Assembly: GCA_026392035.1 (NCBI GenBank)
Contig: JAPLCX010000083.1
Location: 4,597-68,596 of the forward strand
DNA length: 64,000 nucleotides
DNA from: Candidatus Auribacterota bacterium
GTDB lineage: Bacteria > Auribacterota > Tritonobacteria > UBA1439
Reading direction: 5' to 3'
Part shown: positions 9,720 through 19,568 of the stretch, one piece after another
Numbering within the stretch: position 1 is the first letter of the stretch
How the letters are laid out: every line of letters starts with the position of its first letter
The notes under the pieces: generated by a model
Databases searched by the model: none
The model's input: the letters and a program-made list of their open reading frames with translations, nothing else
What the model was told of the DNA's origin: nothing
Made by a program: the position numbers and the translations under genes

Positions 9720-11849
9720 ATAATTAAGCCGCTGTATAGAAATTCTTTCCTTTCTCCATTTATGCTCGATCTCAGCCACCCGCTCCCTGACCATCGCGTC
9801 CAGCCTCTCGTACTCGGCGGGGCTGTGGCGGCGGATTCTCTTCGGTTTCTCACGCGCGACATGGATCAATCCCAACCCGCGGCGGTATTCACCCAGGGAC
9901 TCCGCCGGTCTCCCTGTCGTTTCGAGCCAGTAGGCCAGCAGGAGGTGATAGTCAACATCGTGCGGACTGCACGCGATGGCCTTCCGGAGCTCATCCATCG
10001 CTGCGGCGGCTTTTCCCTTGTCAGAGCCGCCGCCCGCATGGCGCCAGTAGCAGGCCGCGAGACGGAAATGGTAGGCGGGGATGCCCTCCCCGCGCACCGC
10101 AGCCTGCCGATATGCGGCCAGGGCGCCCCCGACATTCCCTGCCCTTTCCAGTATTTCCGCGAGGGAGTTCCAGTAGACCGGGTTATCACCCTCGAGTGAA
10201 AGCGCCTTGAGAACCTCTTCGCCGGCCCGGTCCCGCATCCCCCGTGTTTCCAGTTCTTGAGACCTCAGGCGGTGCCACTCAGCCCCGGCACGCGGCCCGA
10301 TCCAAAAAATCGCGGCCCCGAGGACGAGAAACCCCAGGAGCACACCGGACAACGCGGGCAGCCGGCGCGCGCGCGAGTGCGCCGTGGAAGCGCCGATTCC
10401 GAGCCCCGCGAGGGCCCAGAGCGTGAGACTCGTTTCCGGCACGCTCAGGTTCACGTCTATCGCGCCGTGCACCAGGAAGGCGCAGATGGAGATTGTCACT
10501 GCAAACGGGATAGCCTTTTCTGCCCGCGCCTGGTCGCATGAACAATTACTCTGGGATTTGGGATGCGCTTGTCCCGAGCGAAGCCGAGGGAAGATTTGGG
10601 ATTTAATAAGTGCCCGGATGCAGGAAACCCAGAGGCATATGAACGCGGCGAGGCCGATGGCGCCCATTTCTGAGGCGAGCCCCAGGTAGATATTATGGGG
10701 TAACCTCCCCTCCTCGGACCCCGGCGCCCTGAAACGCGCGTACGCGCCCGCAAAGCCTCCCGGCCCAAGTCCGCGCACCGGATTCTCCCGCCACATCCCC
10801 AGTGCGGCCCGCCAATAGTCAACGCGCGCCCCGGCGCTGTCTTTCATACCGGCTGGAACCATGTCCGCGAGCACCGCGACCACCACCAGGGCGAGCACCA
10901 CGAGTCCTATGGCAGACGCGATCTTGTACCTCCCCCGCAACAGGAGCGGGGTGAAAAGGACGGAAAATAGTAACGCGAGCCATGCCCCTTCGGACGCGGT
11001 GAGCGAGAGCGCCCAGAGGGGAAGGATCACCAGCGGGAGGGCGCACAGGTTCAGCAAGAGCCGGCTCCCTTTTCTCTCGGCGATGGCGAGCCCCGACAGG
11101 ACGGTGCTCGCGGCGGCAAAGAGGCACACCAGGAGGAGCGGCCTGGCGCTGAGATCGCTGAAGAATCCCCAGGCGACCGATGCGGCCAGGAGCGCGCCCA
11201 GGTACGTGCCGTAGCACGCGGCCAGTGAATCCGCCCGCGGCCAGAAAAATATCGAGGCGACGAACGGGATCGCGATGATGAGGTACCCCGCAAGTGCGTT
11301 CGGATAGAAAAAGGTTGAAAAAATGGCGTTCGAAGAAACTCTGCTCACGAATGCCGAACTTTGGTCGCCGGCCATCATTGCCCCGCTCAGGAGCGCGCGG
11401 GTCTCGCTCAAACCATAGAAGTATTGATGCAGACCGTACAGCGACACAAGGATAACGCCGGAAGCCACGCCGATAGAGAGGGCAATCCTTGCGGGGCGCG
11501 AGGAGCCGAGGTTCTCCGCGAGGAGGTACGCGGCGGTACAGGCGGCGGTCTGAAAAAAGAAATCCCTCGCGAGCCACTGCCGGCCCGAGCACATGGAGAG
11601 CAGGAGTACCACAAGGAAATAGAGCAGGACAAAGGCGCCGGTACGGGTCACACGCCATGGTATTCCGCCCCTGAGGGCAGAGCTATACAGGGAGAAGGCG
11701 AGGAGCATGGCGAGGATGAGGAGGATGGCCACGTTGCTCTCGGGGTAGGTCACTCCAGACCAGAGGACCCTCAGGACAAGGACTGCGCCAAGCGCGATGC
11801 CCAGTGCGATCGGCGCGGCTGATCCACTTTTTCCCGCTTCGCTGCTCAC
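9669..11849 (-). CDS. O-antigen ligase (Wzy_C)-like polytopic membrane protein fused to C-terminal TPR repeats
   Basis: About 12 TM helices and a Wzy_C-like loop, then TPR-like repeats (AAYRQAAVRGEGIPAYHFRLAACYW...); carries an in-frame TTTGGGA-repeat insertion (KSQIFPRLRSGQAHPKSQ). Confidence 0.7.
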   Translation of the reverse strand: MSSEAGKSGSAAPIALGIALGAVLVLRVLWSGVTYPESNVAILLILAMLLAFSLYSSALRGGIPWRVTRTGAFVLLYFLVVLLLSMCSGRQWLARDFFFQTAACTAAYLLAENLGSSRPARIALSIGVASGVILVSLYGLHQYFYGLSETRALLSGAMMAGDQSSAFVSRVSSNAIFSTFFYPNALAGYLIIAIPFVASIFFWPRADSLAACYGTYLGALLAASVAWGFFSDLSARPLLLVCLFAAASTVLSGLAIAERKGSRLLLNLCALPLVILPLWALSLTASEGAWLALLFSVLFTPLLLRGRYKIASAIGLVVLALVVVAVLADMVPAGMKDSAGARVDYWRAALGMWRENPVRGLGPGGFAGAYARFRAPGSEEGRLPHNIYLGLASEMGAIGLAAFICLWVSCIRALIKSQIFPRLRSGQAHPKSQSNCSCDQARAEKAIPFAVTISICAFLVHGAIDVNLSVPETSLTLWALAGLGIGASTAHSRARRLPALSGVLLGFLVLGAAIFWIGPRAGAEWHRLRSQELETRGMRDRAGEEVLKALSLEGDNPVYWNSLAEILERAGNVGGALAAYRQAAVRGEGIPAYHFRLAACYWRHAGGGSDKGKAAAAMDELRKAIACSPHDVDYHLLLAYWLETTGRPAESLGEYRRGLGLIHVAREKPKRIRRHSPAEYERLDAMVRERVAEIEHKWRKERISIQRLNYTDVTTDESPLIYSEKA
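10551..10604. repeat. TTTGGGA heptamer repeat element, copy B (inside the ligase-TPR CDS)
   Basis: ctgggatttggga-...gcttgtcccgagcgaagccgaggg...-atttgggattt; keeps the reading frame. Confidence 0.65.
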
Positions 11850-12937
11850 CTCTTACCCCTGCCGAAGTATTCCAGTATCGCGATTACTGAAACGATGAGA
11901 ATCGTCTGGGCGAACACAATCATTCCCCCTCCCCACCCCACCCGGGGGAGAAGCAGGGCCGATAACCCCGTGGCGAGCGTCACGAGATAAATGAAACAGA
12001 CCGCCCCCCGCTGCGACATTCCCAGCGTGACGAGCCGATGCGAGAAGTGGCGCCTGTCCGCTGTGAATATGCTCTCGCCGCGCGAGATCCTGATCGCGAC
12101 CACCGAGAGGGTATCGTACAGCGGCACCGCGAGGATCACCAGCGGCATGAGCACGGCGAGCGGCCCGCCCTCCGCGGGACTGTAATAGGTCTGTATGACG
12201 GTCATGACCGCGATGAAGTAGCCGATGAACATGCTCCCGGCATCACCCATGAAGATTGTCGCCGGGTGAAAGTTATAGCGGAGGAACCCAAGGAGGCTCC
12301 CCGCGAAAACCAGGAGCATGACGGAGATGAAATACTGGCCCCTGGATGTCGAGATCCCCAGGAATACCGCAGACGCGACGAGCGCCACGCCCGCGCAGAG
12401 GCCGTCCATGTTGTCGAGGAGATTGAACGCGTTGGTGATCACCACGATCCATGCGATGGTGACTGCCGCGCTCAAATAGTAGTTCGGCATAAATAAGGTG
12501 ACCCGTATGTCGAGGCAGACGAGGCTGATCGCCACGAGGAGCTGCCCGAGGAGCTTGACGCGCGGCTTTAGATCAGTCACGTCGTCCCAGATCCCGATAC
12601 AGAAGATCGTGAAGCCGCCAATCAGGATAACCGCGAGTTTGGGAAAGACCGAACGTGCGCCGCTCAGGTACGCCGCGAGCGACGAGGGGATGAGCGAGGC
12701 GCGCGCAGCGCAGCGGGAGACCAGAAATACGAGCGCCGAGTTAACGAGGAGCGCAATGGCCACCGAGGTGAAAATGGCGGCACCGCCGAACAAAGGTATC
12801 GGGCGCTGGTGTGGCTTTCTCCCGCCGGGCAGATCCAGCATGCCCGCGCGTCCGGCGATCCTCCTGGCGATCGGCGTCAGGACGAGGCTGAGCGCCAGCG
12901 CGAGGACGAACACGTAGCAATAGACAACGATCCACAT
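11846..12937 (-). CDS. polyprenyl-phosphate N-acetylhexosamine-1-phosphate transferase (MraY/WecA family)
   Basis: NAFNLLDNMDGL and FMGDAGSM motifs of the MraY/WecA family; ORF runs to 13039, but the first 34 codons cover a direct-repeat region and a Met-35 start (MWIVVYCYVF) fits homologues. Confidence 0.75.
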   Translation of the reverse strand: MWIVVYCYVFVLALALSLVLTPIARRIAGRAGMLDLPGGRKPHQRPIPLFGGAAIFTSVAIALLVNSALVFLVSRCAARASLIPSSLAAYLSGARSVFPKLAVILIGGFTIFCIGIWDDVTDLKPRVKLLGQLLVAISLVCLDIRVTLFMPNYYLSAAVTIAWIVVITNAFNLLDNMDGLCAGVALVASAVFLGISTSRGQYFISVMLLVFAGSLLGFLRYNFHPATIFMGDAGSMFIGYFIAVMTVIQTYYSPAEGGPLAVLMPLVILAVPLYDTLSVVAIRISRGESIFTADRRHFSHRLVTLGMSQRGAVCFIYLVTLATGLSALLLPRVGWGGGMIVFAQTILIVSVIAILEYFGRGKR

Positions 12938-12979
12938 GGCGTGGATAAGTGTAAGCTCCGGGATAAAACTTGTAAACAA

Positions 12980-13005
12980 GGATTCGCACACGTGGATTCG
13001 CACAC
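12980..13005. repeat. tandem 12-bp direct repeat GGATTCGCACAC (two copies, spaced by GT)
   Basis: ggattcgcacac gt ggattcgcacac, just upstream of the probable WecA-like start (12937). Confidence 0.5.
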
Positions 13006-13243
13006 GCATTTCGTCGCTCGATAGAGGTGGTACACCCAATCCTACAAAGAGTCTACAGACGTCACCTTGAGGGAGGGAGTTGTATCACTGTTTGAGTCAA
13101 GGGGATACCCCCATCAGGATAATTGTATCTGAAAATAGCGTCTGTGGAATCCCCCTGTACGGAAGAGAATGCTCGGGAGCATCACGACGGCGACGAGCAG
13201 TAACAGCAGCAAAATGATGGCGATTCCTTTGCCCATCTCCCTA

Positions 13244-14050
13244 CTATCCTTTCGCATTCTGCTTGAGGAAGAGGTACTCCGTGTTCGCCTCGCCCGTGCT
13301 GATATTGATCAGCTCCAGATTAAGTTTGTTGCGGCAGAATCGCAGCACGTCTTCGATCTTCGCATCCTCGTAAGGCCATCCCCCAAGCCAGTCTCTCAGA
13401 TCCGTGAGATACGACATCCCCCGCATACTCTCGTAGTTTCTTATCCATCGCAGCGGATTCTTCCTGTGGAGGAGCTGCGGGAGGAAGGTGTGGCGCACGA
13501 TGTAGCGCAACTCCATCAGCCTCTTCTGGAAAGCTTGAGCACTGTTGTATCGCTTTTTCACCTTCACCCAGTAATCGGACTTTGAGCTTCTCGTGTAGAG
13601 CGCCACATAGAACACTCCATGTTCCCTCATCAAACCCGCGGCATATTCAATGGCTTTCCACATCTGGCCGGTATGGTGCAGCACTCCCCACGCGTACACG
13701 ATATCCGCAGGTTCAAGTGACGCAACAAATGCCTCATCGAGGATAGATCCACGTAACACGGTCCAGTGGGGCGGGCTCCCGCTCATCTGCCTGACCCTCT
13801 CGGTCGTCCTCACTGAATCGGGATCGCTGTCAAAACTCACAACTCTCTCCGCGCCTGCCTCGAGGGCCGCACGCGAGGAGAGCCCGCTTCCACATCCCAC
13901 GTCTAAAAAGTATTTCCCCGCGAGATCCGGCAACTCTAGAAACTTGAGGATGTGCTCCCGTGAAATACGAATCCGCTCATCGCTCAGCGCGCGCCGTATG
14001 AACAGGTCCCAGTTTTTGCCGAATCTGAACGCGCGTCCGCTGTCATCCAT
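13244..14050 (-). CDS. class I SAM-dependent methyltransferase
   Basis: LDVGCGSGL SAM-binding motif I. Confidence 0.7.
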   Translation of the reverse strand: MDDSGRAFRFGKNWDLFIRRALSDERIRISREHILKFLELPDLAGKYFLDVGCGSGLSSRAALEAGAERVVSFDSDPDSVRTTERVRQMSGSPPHWTVLRGSILDEAFVASLEPADIVYAWGVLHHTGQMWKAIEYAAGLMREHGVFYVALYTRSSKSDYWVKVKKRYNSAQAFQKRLMELRYIVRHTFLPQLLHRKNPLRWIRNYESMRGMSYLTDLRDWLGGWPYEDAKIEDVLRFCRNKLNLELINISTGEANTEYLFLKQNAKG

Positions 14051-15617
14051 GATTCACACCCCCTACCCTCTCCTTCACCACTTTAGTCACATAATTCAAC
14101 TCTTCAACTTTCATGAGGAAACCGAGCACGCCGAAAATAAGGCAGCCTGAGACCACCGTGATGAGCACGCACACCGCGCCGCTCATCTCAGTCGGCTGTA
14201 CCATCATCCGCCGGCACAGTCCGTATATCACGTGCATCCCCAACCCCATCACCACGGCGACCGCGACTACCTTAACAATACCGATCGCCACAGACCTTCC
14301 ACTCATGGCGCCGATTTTCTTCCTCAGCGCCACGAAGAAGGCGGCCGTCATGATCATCTGCACGCATGAGGTGGACAGCGCGATCCCCGCAGCGGGTGGC
14401 CGAACCAGCCGTATAAACAGCACATTGAGCAGCACGTTCAAGAGCACTCCCGCCGATGCCACCTTCACGAGTATCGCCATTTCCTGAAACGCGAGAAATA
14501 CCCTGATGATGATGATGCCCACGGTGTAAAAAAAGAGCTGCAATGAATAGCAGATGAGGAGTGCCGAGGTCAATTCCGTTGCGTCGCGCCCAAAGGCACC
14601 CCGTTGGAACACAAGCTGAATAATCGGTTTTGCCAGGACGATCAGCATCGCGGTCAGCGGTATGAAAATCAATCCTGATATCCGTATGCTCTTCGACAGC
14701 GAATCTTTCAGCTCCTCGATTCTTTTTTCCGCTACCTGACTCGAAAAAAATGGGTAGACCGCGGTGGCGAGGGAACCGGTGAAGATAATAATCGGGACCT
14801 GAATCAATTTCTCCGCATAGCCCAGCGCCGCGATGCTCCCGGGGGCGAGATATGAGGCCATCACACGGTCAACGAGAAGATTTACCTGCGCGGCGATAAT
14901 CGCCCAGAAATACACGCACGAGAGGGAAAGCATTTCCTTCACCGCCGGATGACCCGCAGTGAGAGAGAGGGAGTGATGGAAGCCCTTCGCCCTCAGCATC
15001 GGGACGAGGAAAAGAAACTGGGCCACGAGGCCGGCGAGCAAACCATAGGGGAGCACGAGGACGCCCCATCGATTTACAAAAAGGACAATGCACAGGATCG
15101 CGCTCGCCGTAATCATCATATTTGAAAATGCGGGGGCAGTGAAATGCTCCTGCGCGTTGAGGATACCGGTCATGATGCCTATCATCCCGCTCAACACAAC
15201 CGTAATACACAAGATCCGCAACATGTGCACGGCCATCGCGGCCGTATCCCTTGAGAGGCCGTGAAATCCGTATTGTATTATCCACGGTGCGCATAGTGCG
15301 AGGAAGAGTGCGGCGAATACCAGAAATATCACGAGGTAATTGATCGTGATCGAGGCAAGGAGGTTCGCTTCCATACGGTCTTTGAGCCTGTACCTGATAA
15401 AGAGAGGTATGAACACTGCACCGAAGGTGGTGAGGAGCACGTTATTGATCAGGGCGGGGAACGCAACCGCTGCGTAGAACGCGTCCATCGCCTTCGTGAT
15501 GCCAAAGTAGTTTGCCACCATAATCTCTTTGACCAAGGAAAGGATATAGCCGAGACTGCTGGCGGTGATCAAAATGATCGAGGCCTTCGCGATTTTACGG
15601 TTTGTGCTCATGTCCAT
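14043..15617 (-). CDS. MOP-superfamily flippase (MurJ/MviN-like polysaccharide or lipid II flippase)
   Basis: 524 aa, about 14 TM helices, MviN-like N-terminus (VANYFGITKAMDAFYAAVAFP). Confidence 0.7.
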   Translation of the reverse strand: MDMSTNRKIAKASIILITASSLGYILSLVKEIMVANYFGITKAMDAFYAAVAFPALINNVLLTTFGAVFIPLFIRYRLKDRMEANLLASITINYLVIFLVFAALFLALCAPWIIQYGFHGLSRDTAAMAVHMLRILCITVVLSGMIGIMTGILNAQEHFTAPAFSNMMITASAILCIVLFVNRWGVLVLPYGLLAGLVAQFLFLVPMLRAKGFHHSLSLTAGHPAVKEMLSLSCVYFWAIIAAQVNLLVDRVMASYLAPGSIAALGYAEKLIQVPIIIFTGSLATAVYPFFSSQVAEKRIEELKDSLSKSIRISGLIFIPLTAMLIVLAKPIIQLVFQRGAFGRDATELTSALLICYSLQLFFYTVGIIIIRVFLAFQEMAILVKVASAGVLLNVLLNVLFIRLVRPPAAGIALSTSCVQMIMTAAFFVALRKKIGAMSGRSVAIGIVKVVAVAVVMGLGMHVIYGLCRRMMVQPTEMSGAVCVLITVVSGCLIFGVLGFLMKVEELNYVTKVVKERVGGVNHG

Positions 15618-16786
15618 TGTTCGCGCCCCGACAGTTCGGTATAGAGGCGGGTAATATCGTTGAGGAGCCTCTGCTTCGCGTAGCGACCGCGCACGAACTT
15701 TTTCCCCGCCTCCCCCATGATCTCCGCGCGCGCCCGGTCTCCCAGGAGATCGAGCATCAGCGCCGCGATTTCCCGCGGATCGCGCGTTCGCGCGAGTAAT
15801 CCGCTCACCCCATGCCGGACGACATCGCCCACCCCGCCGACATCAGTCGCGACGACCGCCCTGCCCGCGGCCGAGGCCTCGATGAGAGAAACGGGCGTCC
15901 CCTCGTTGAGAGAGGTGAGCGCAACCAGATCTGAATCCGCGTAGACCCGCTCAAGGTCGCTGTGCCACCCAAGGAAGAATATCCTATCCCCGAACCCTCG
16001 CCCGCGGGCAGTCTCCTCGAGTTCCCCCCTGAGCGGCCCGTCTCCCACCACCAGGAAAACGGCGTCCGGGCGCTCGTCGAGCACGCGGCGGGCCGCGCTG
16101 AGGAACAGATCGTGGTCCTTGATGGGGACCAGCCGCCCCACCGTGGATACGATTGGCGAGGTAGGGGGGATGGCAAGTTCCCGTCTCAGTTCGCCCCTCA
16201 GCGTCTGTGAGTGATCGAATCTCTCCAGATCAAAGCCGAGGGGGATAACCGCGTACTGCGATGCCCGGCCTATCCTGTACCGCCCCACGAGCTCTTCGCG
16301 CTGTGATTCGCTCAGGACGACAATCCTGTCAGTGTGTCGGGCGAGCCATCGCTCGAGGCGCAGATACAGGCGCGTGCGCGCGGGTGAGAAATAGCCGCTG
16401 AACACATGGCCGTGAAACGTGTGCACTGTTTTTACCCCCGGACAGAAAAGCCCCGCGATCCTCCCGATCGTTCCCGCCTTCGCCAGATGCGTGTGTATGA
16501 TATCCGGCCTCTCCCTCCTCACAATGCCGATAATTTTAACGAGGCTCCTGATGTCGTCACACGGGTTGAGCTCGCGCTGGAGGGCGGGAATGACCACGGG
16601 CGTGACGCCCCGTTCCTCCGCGCGCGCGCGCATATCTCCCTCGCGCGGGCCCGGCCTGCCGCACACGAGCGTCGTCGTGAATTTATCCGCCGGCAGATCG
16701 GCGCTGAGCGCGATGGCGTGGATGGACGGCCCTCCGATATTCAGGCGCGTGATGAGCCTGAGTATCTTGAGGGGGCGGGAACTCAC
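15608..16786 (-). CDS. glycosyltransferase family 4 (GT-B, group 1)
   Basis: N-terminal IGGPSIH GT4 motif and C-terminal E-x7-E-like region (SLNEGTPVSLIEASAAG). Confidence 0.8.
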   Translation of the reverse strand: MSSRPLKILRLITRLNIGGPSIHAIALSADLPADKFTTTLVCGRPGPREGDMRARAEERGVTPVVIPALQRELNPCDDIRSLVKIIGIVRRERPDIIHTHLAKAGTIGRIAGLFCPGVKTVHTFHGHVFSGYFSPARTRLYLRLERWLARHTDRIVVLSESQREELVGRYRIGRASQYAVIPLGFDLERFDHSQTLRGELRRELAIPPTSPIVSTVGRLVPIKDHDLFLSAARRVLDERPDAVFLVVGDGPLRGELEETARGRGFGDRIFFLGWHSDLERVYADSDLVALTSLNEGTPVSLIEASAAGRAVVATDVGGVGDVVRHGVSGLLARTRDPREIAALMLDLLGDRARAEIMGEAGKKFVRGRYAKQRLLNDITRLYTELSGREQWT

Positions 16787-18672
16787 GGCAGCCCCCCGCG
16801 GTCAATAAACGCCCTGTGCCAGAGCTCCAGGACCAGCAGCGCCCAGAGTCGGGGCGCATGGTCCGTGATCCCTTTTTGATGTGCGTCGACAAGTTCCCTG
16901 ACGCGCGCCGGATCAAAATATCCCCTCGAGAGAGAAGACGGGTCGAGGATGATCTCGCGGAGGTACTCCCTGAGCTCTCCCCTGAACCAGCCGCCGATCG
17001 GCACGCCGAACCCCATCTTCCCCCGGTGGAGGATACGCGGGGGCAGGAGATCAGAGAATGTCTCCTTGAGGATATACTTGCTCTTCCTCCCCCGGAGCTT
17101 CCATGCCGAGGGGAGGGACGCCGCGAACTCCACGACCCGGTGGTCAAGGAAGGGGGAGCGCGCCTCCAGTGACGTCGCCATCGTCGCGATATCCACTTTC
17201 ACGAGAAGGTCGTCGGGCAGGTAGCTGTGGAGATCGACAAAGAGCAGCCTGGCAATCTCATCCTCGGAACGGCATGACCTGAACAGGCGCACAAGAAACC
17301 CCCCGGCATCATACCCATGGCTCAGCGCCCGCATCCCCGGCAGGTAGAGCTGCTCTTTCTCCTCGTCATCGAAAAAAACCATGTAGGTCAGGTAGCGGTC
17401 GGGCCCATCACAGATGAGCGAGGGCATAAAGCGCCTCACCTTGCCCAGGAATGAGCCGCGCCGTGAGGAGCGGAGGACACGCTTCCAGAACTGCGCCTGG
17501 CGCTTCAGGAAAGGGATTCTGTCAAGCCGGCCGGCGAGCGTGTAGGCGAGATATCGAGGATAGCCGGCGAAGAGCTCGTCGCCGGCGTCGCCGTTCAGCG
17601 CCACGGTCACGTGCCGCCGGCTCATCTCCGCGACGTAGTATGTGGGGAGGGCGGAAGAATCGGCGAACGGCTCGCCGTAATGCCATACAAGCTTGGGGAG
17701 GAGGTCAACGGCGCTCGGCTTGACGATAAATTCGTGGTGGTCCGTCGAATACCTCCGCGCGAGCGCCCTCGCGTAGGGGAGCTCGTTGTAGCTCTGGTCC
17801 TCAAAACCGATGGAGAAGGTTTTGACCGGTCGATCCAAAAGCCCGCTCATGAGGGACACCACGATGCTCGAATCGATCCCGCCGCTCAGAAATGCCCCCA
17901 GGGGGACGTCGCTGATCAACCTCAGACGCGTCGCCTCGGTCAGGAGATCGCGCAGCCGCTCCCGGGTCTCATCGTAGTCCATTGTCACGGTCCCGGGAGG
18001 ATTGACCTCCCAGTAGCGCGTGATCGAGAGGCGCCCGTCTTTTAACAGCAGGTAATGGGCGGGGGATAACTTCTTCATCCCCTCAAATATTGACAGCGGC
18101 GAGGGGACATACTGATAGGTGAGGTAGAGATCCAGCGCGCGGAGATCAACGGCGCGCTCGAAACCGGGGAAGCGGAGGAGCGGGGCCGGGGTAGAGGCGA
18201 AAATGAAATCGCCGTTCGTGACGCTGTAGAAAAAGGGCTTCACCCCGAGGCGGTCCCGCGCGCAGAAAAGCTGCCGCTCCCGCTCGTCCCACAGCGCGAA
18301 CGAGAACATCCCCCTCAGATGGCTCAGGCAGTCCGTCCCGTACTCCTCGTAGAGGTGCAGGATGACCTCGGTGTCGCATCGCGTGACAAACGTGTGTCCC
18401 CGCGCTTTCAGATCCCTGGTCAATTCCTGGAAGTTGTATATCTCGCCGTTGTAGACGAGCCAGAGCGAGCGGTCCTCGTTCGTCATCGGCTGGACGCCGG
18501 CCTCGACGTCGATAATGCTGAGGCGGCGGTGGCCGAGCCCCACGGGGCCGTTCAGATAGTACCCCTCACCGTCGGGTCCCCGGTGGGCCATCAGCCGGGT
18601 CATCGCTTCAAGTGCCTCTCTGTCAACAGGTCTTGAACGATCGGCGTATACAACTCCGCAGATACCACACAT
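16783..18672 (-). CDS. asnB: asparagine synthase (glutamine-hydrolysing)-like amidotransferase
   Basis: MCGICGVV Ntn glutaminase start and SGGIDSS PP-loop; lies inside a polysaccharide locus (sugar-amidating role possible). Confidence 0.85.
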   Translation of the reverse strand: MCGICGVVYADRSRPVDREALEAMTRLMAHRGPDGEGYYLNGPVGLGHRRLSIIDVEAGVQPMTNEDRSLWLVYNGEIYNFQELTRDLKARGHTFVTRCDTEVILHLYEEYGTDCLSHLRGMFSFALWDERERQLFCARDRLGVKPFFYSVTNGDFIFASTPAPLLRFPGFERAVDLRALDLYLTYQYVPSPLSIFEGMKKLSPAHYLLLKDGRLSITRYWEVNPPGTVTMDYDETRERLRDLLTEATRLRLISDVPLGAFLSGGIDSSIVVSLMSGLLDRPVKTFSIGFEDQSYNELPYARALARRYSTDHHEFIVKPSAVDLLPKLVWHYGEPFADSSALPTYYVAEMSRRHVTVALNGDAGDELFAGYPRYLAYTLAGRLDRIPFLKRQAQFWKRVLRSSRRGSFLGKVRRFMPSLICDGPDRYLTYMVFFDDEEKEQLYLPGMRALSHGYDAGGFLVRLFRSCRSEDEIARLLFVDLHSYLPDDLLVKVDIATMATSLEARSPFLDHRVVEFAASLPSAWKLRGRKSKYILKETFSDLLPPRILHRGKMGFGVPIGGWFRGELREYLREIILDPSSLSRGYFDPARVRELVDAHQKGITDHAPRLWALLVLELWHRAFIDRGGLP

Positions 18673-18719
18673 AAAAAACTCCGCTCAGGCAACACCGCCC
18701 ATCATCGCCTTACAGCAGG

Positions 18720-19472
18720 CTAATTTCCCAAAAAACATATCCCCAGATTCCTAAAAATACGATACTGCAAGTGGTGTCTTCTGCAAAAGTATTTGAATGC
18801 GTTCTTCTTTAATGGAGGACAAAGAACATCATGAGATGACAGCATTCCATTAGGTTTGAGATAACCAAGTGCTGTCTCATATTCCCAGAGCATGTGATTA
18901 AATGTGTGGAGGCTATCATGATGAAAATGATCTATCTGGCTCAAACTCTCTAACAGATTAGGCAGCTCTACCTTGATGTCTCCAAGTAATAACCTCCACC
19001 TATCCATAACAATTTTTCTTACAAGAAAGTTCTGCGATGGCTTTCCTTCCTCACCGGGCAGGTCTATACTATACAACATGCCAAAGCCGTTTTCCCTCAA
19101 CGCTTCGAGGATATGAGAACTGGAGGCGCCATACAGCACCCCTGTTTCAACAACTACTGATGGCTTCGCTGCCCTCACCAGTAGATACAGGGTATCGCAA
19201 TCAAAATCAGAGCTCGTGCCAACGCCCCCTACGAGTTCTATGAGTCTAGATTTCTGAATGCCATACCATGACTTAAATTCCGAACTTAAATAATCTTTAA
19301 AAATAGAACCTATATCAATGTCATATTTTGCAGACAGAAAATCCAGCAGCATGCACCGTGCCCTATTGAGATCAATTAAAACCTTCCTTTTATTAATCAA
19401 AAAGTCGTTGAACTTTCTCATTATCAAGGATGGCTCATTGATTGCCCTTAGAATCTTATTCAACATGTTCAT
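18720..19472 (-). CDS. class I methyltransferase-fold protein (TylF/CmcI-like O-methyltransferase family)
   Basis: VVETGVLYGASSSHILEAL motif-I-like segment; gene is clearly AT-richer than flanking DNA. Confidence 0.45.
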   Translation of the reverse strand: MNMLNKILRAINEPSLIMRKFNDFLINKRKVLIDLNRARCMLLDFLSAKYDIDIGSIFKDYLSSEFKSWYGIQKSRLIELVGGVGTSSDFDCDTLYLLVRAAKPSVVVETGVLYGASSSHILEALRENGFGMLYSIDLPGEEGKPSQNFLVRKIVMDRWRLLLGDIKVELPNLLESLSQIDHFHHDSLHTFNHMLWEYETALGYLKPNGMLSSHDVLCPPLKKNAFKYFCRRHHLQYRIFRNLGICFLGN

Positions 19473-19568
19473 CTCAGCCGATGTATCTTAACATGCATAT
19501 TTTGTCTCACCAGTAACCAAGGTTTTAAAAGATAGTTACATCACCGATTGCGCCGAGGCTCCCCCCAC

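Noticed and set aside
13040-13243. Searched intergenic regions here and elsewhere for tRNA/tmRNA-like cloverleaf signatures (GTTCRANYC T-loop, CCA ends)
   Set aside because: None found; no RNA genes called apart from candidate cis-regulatory structures.
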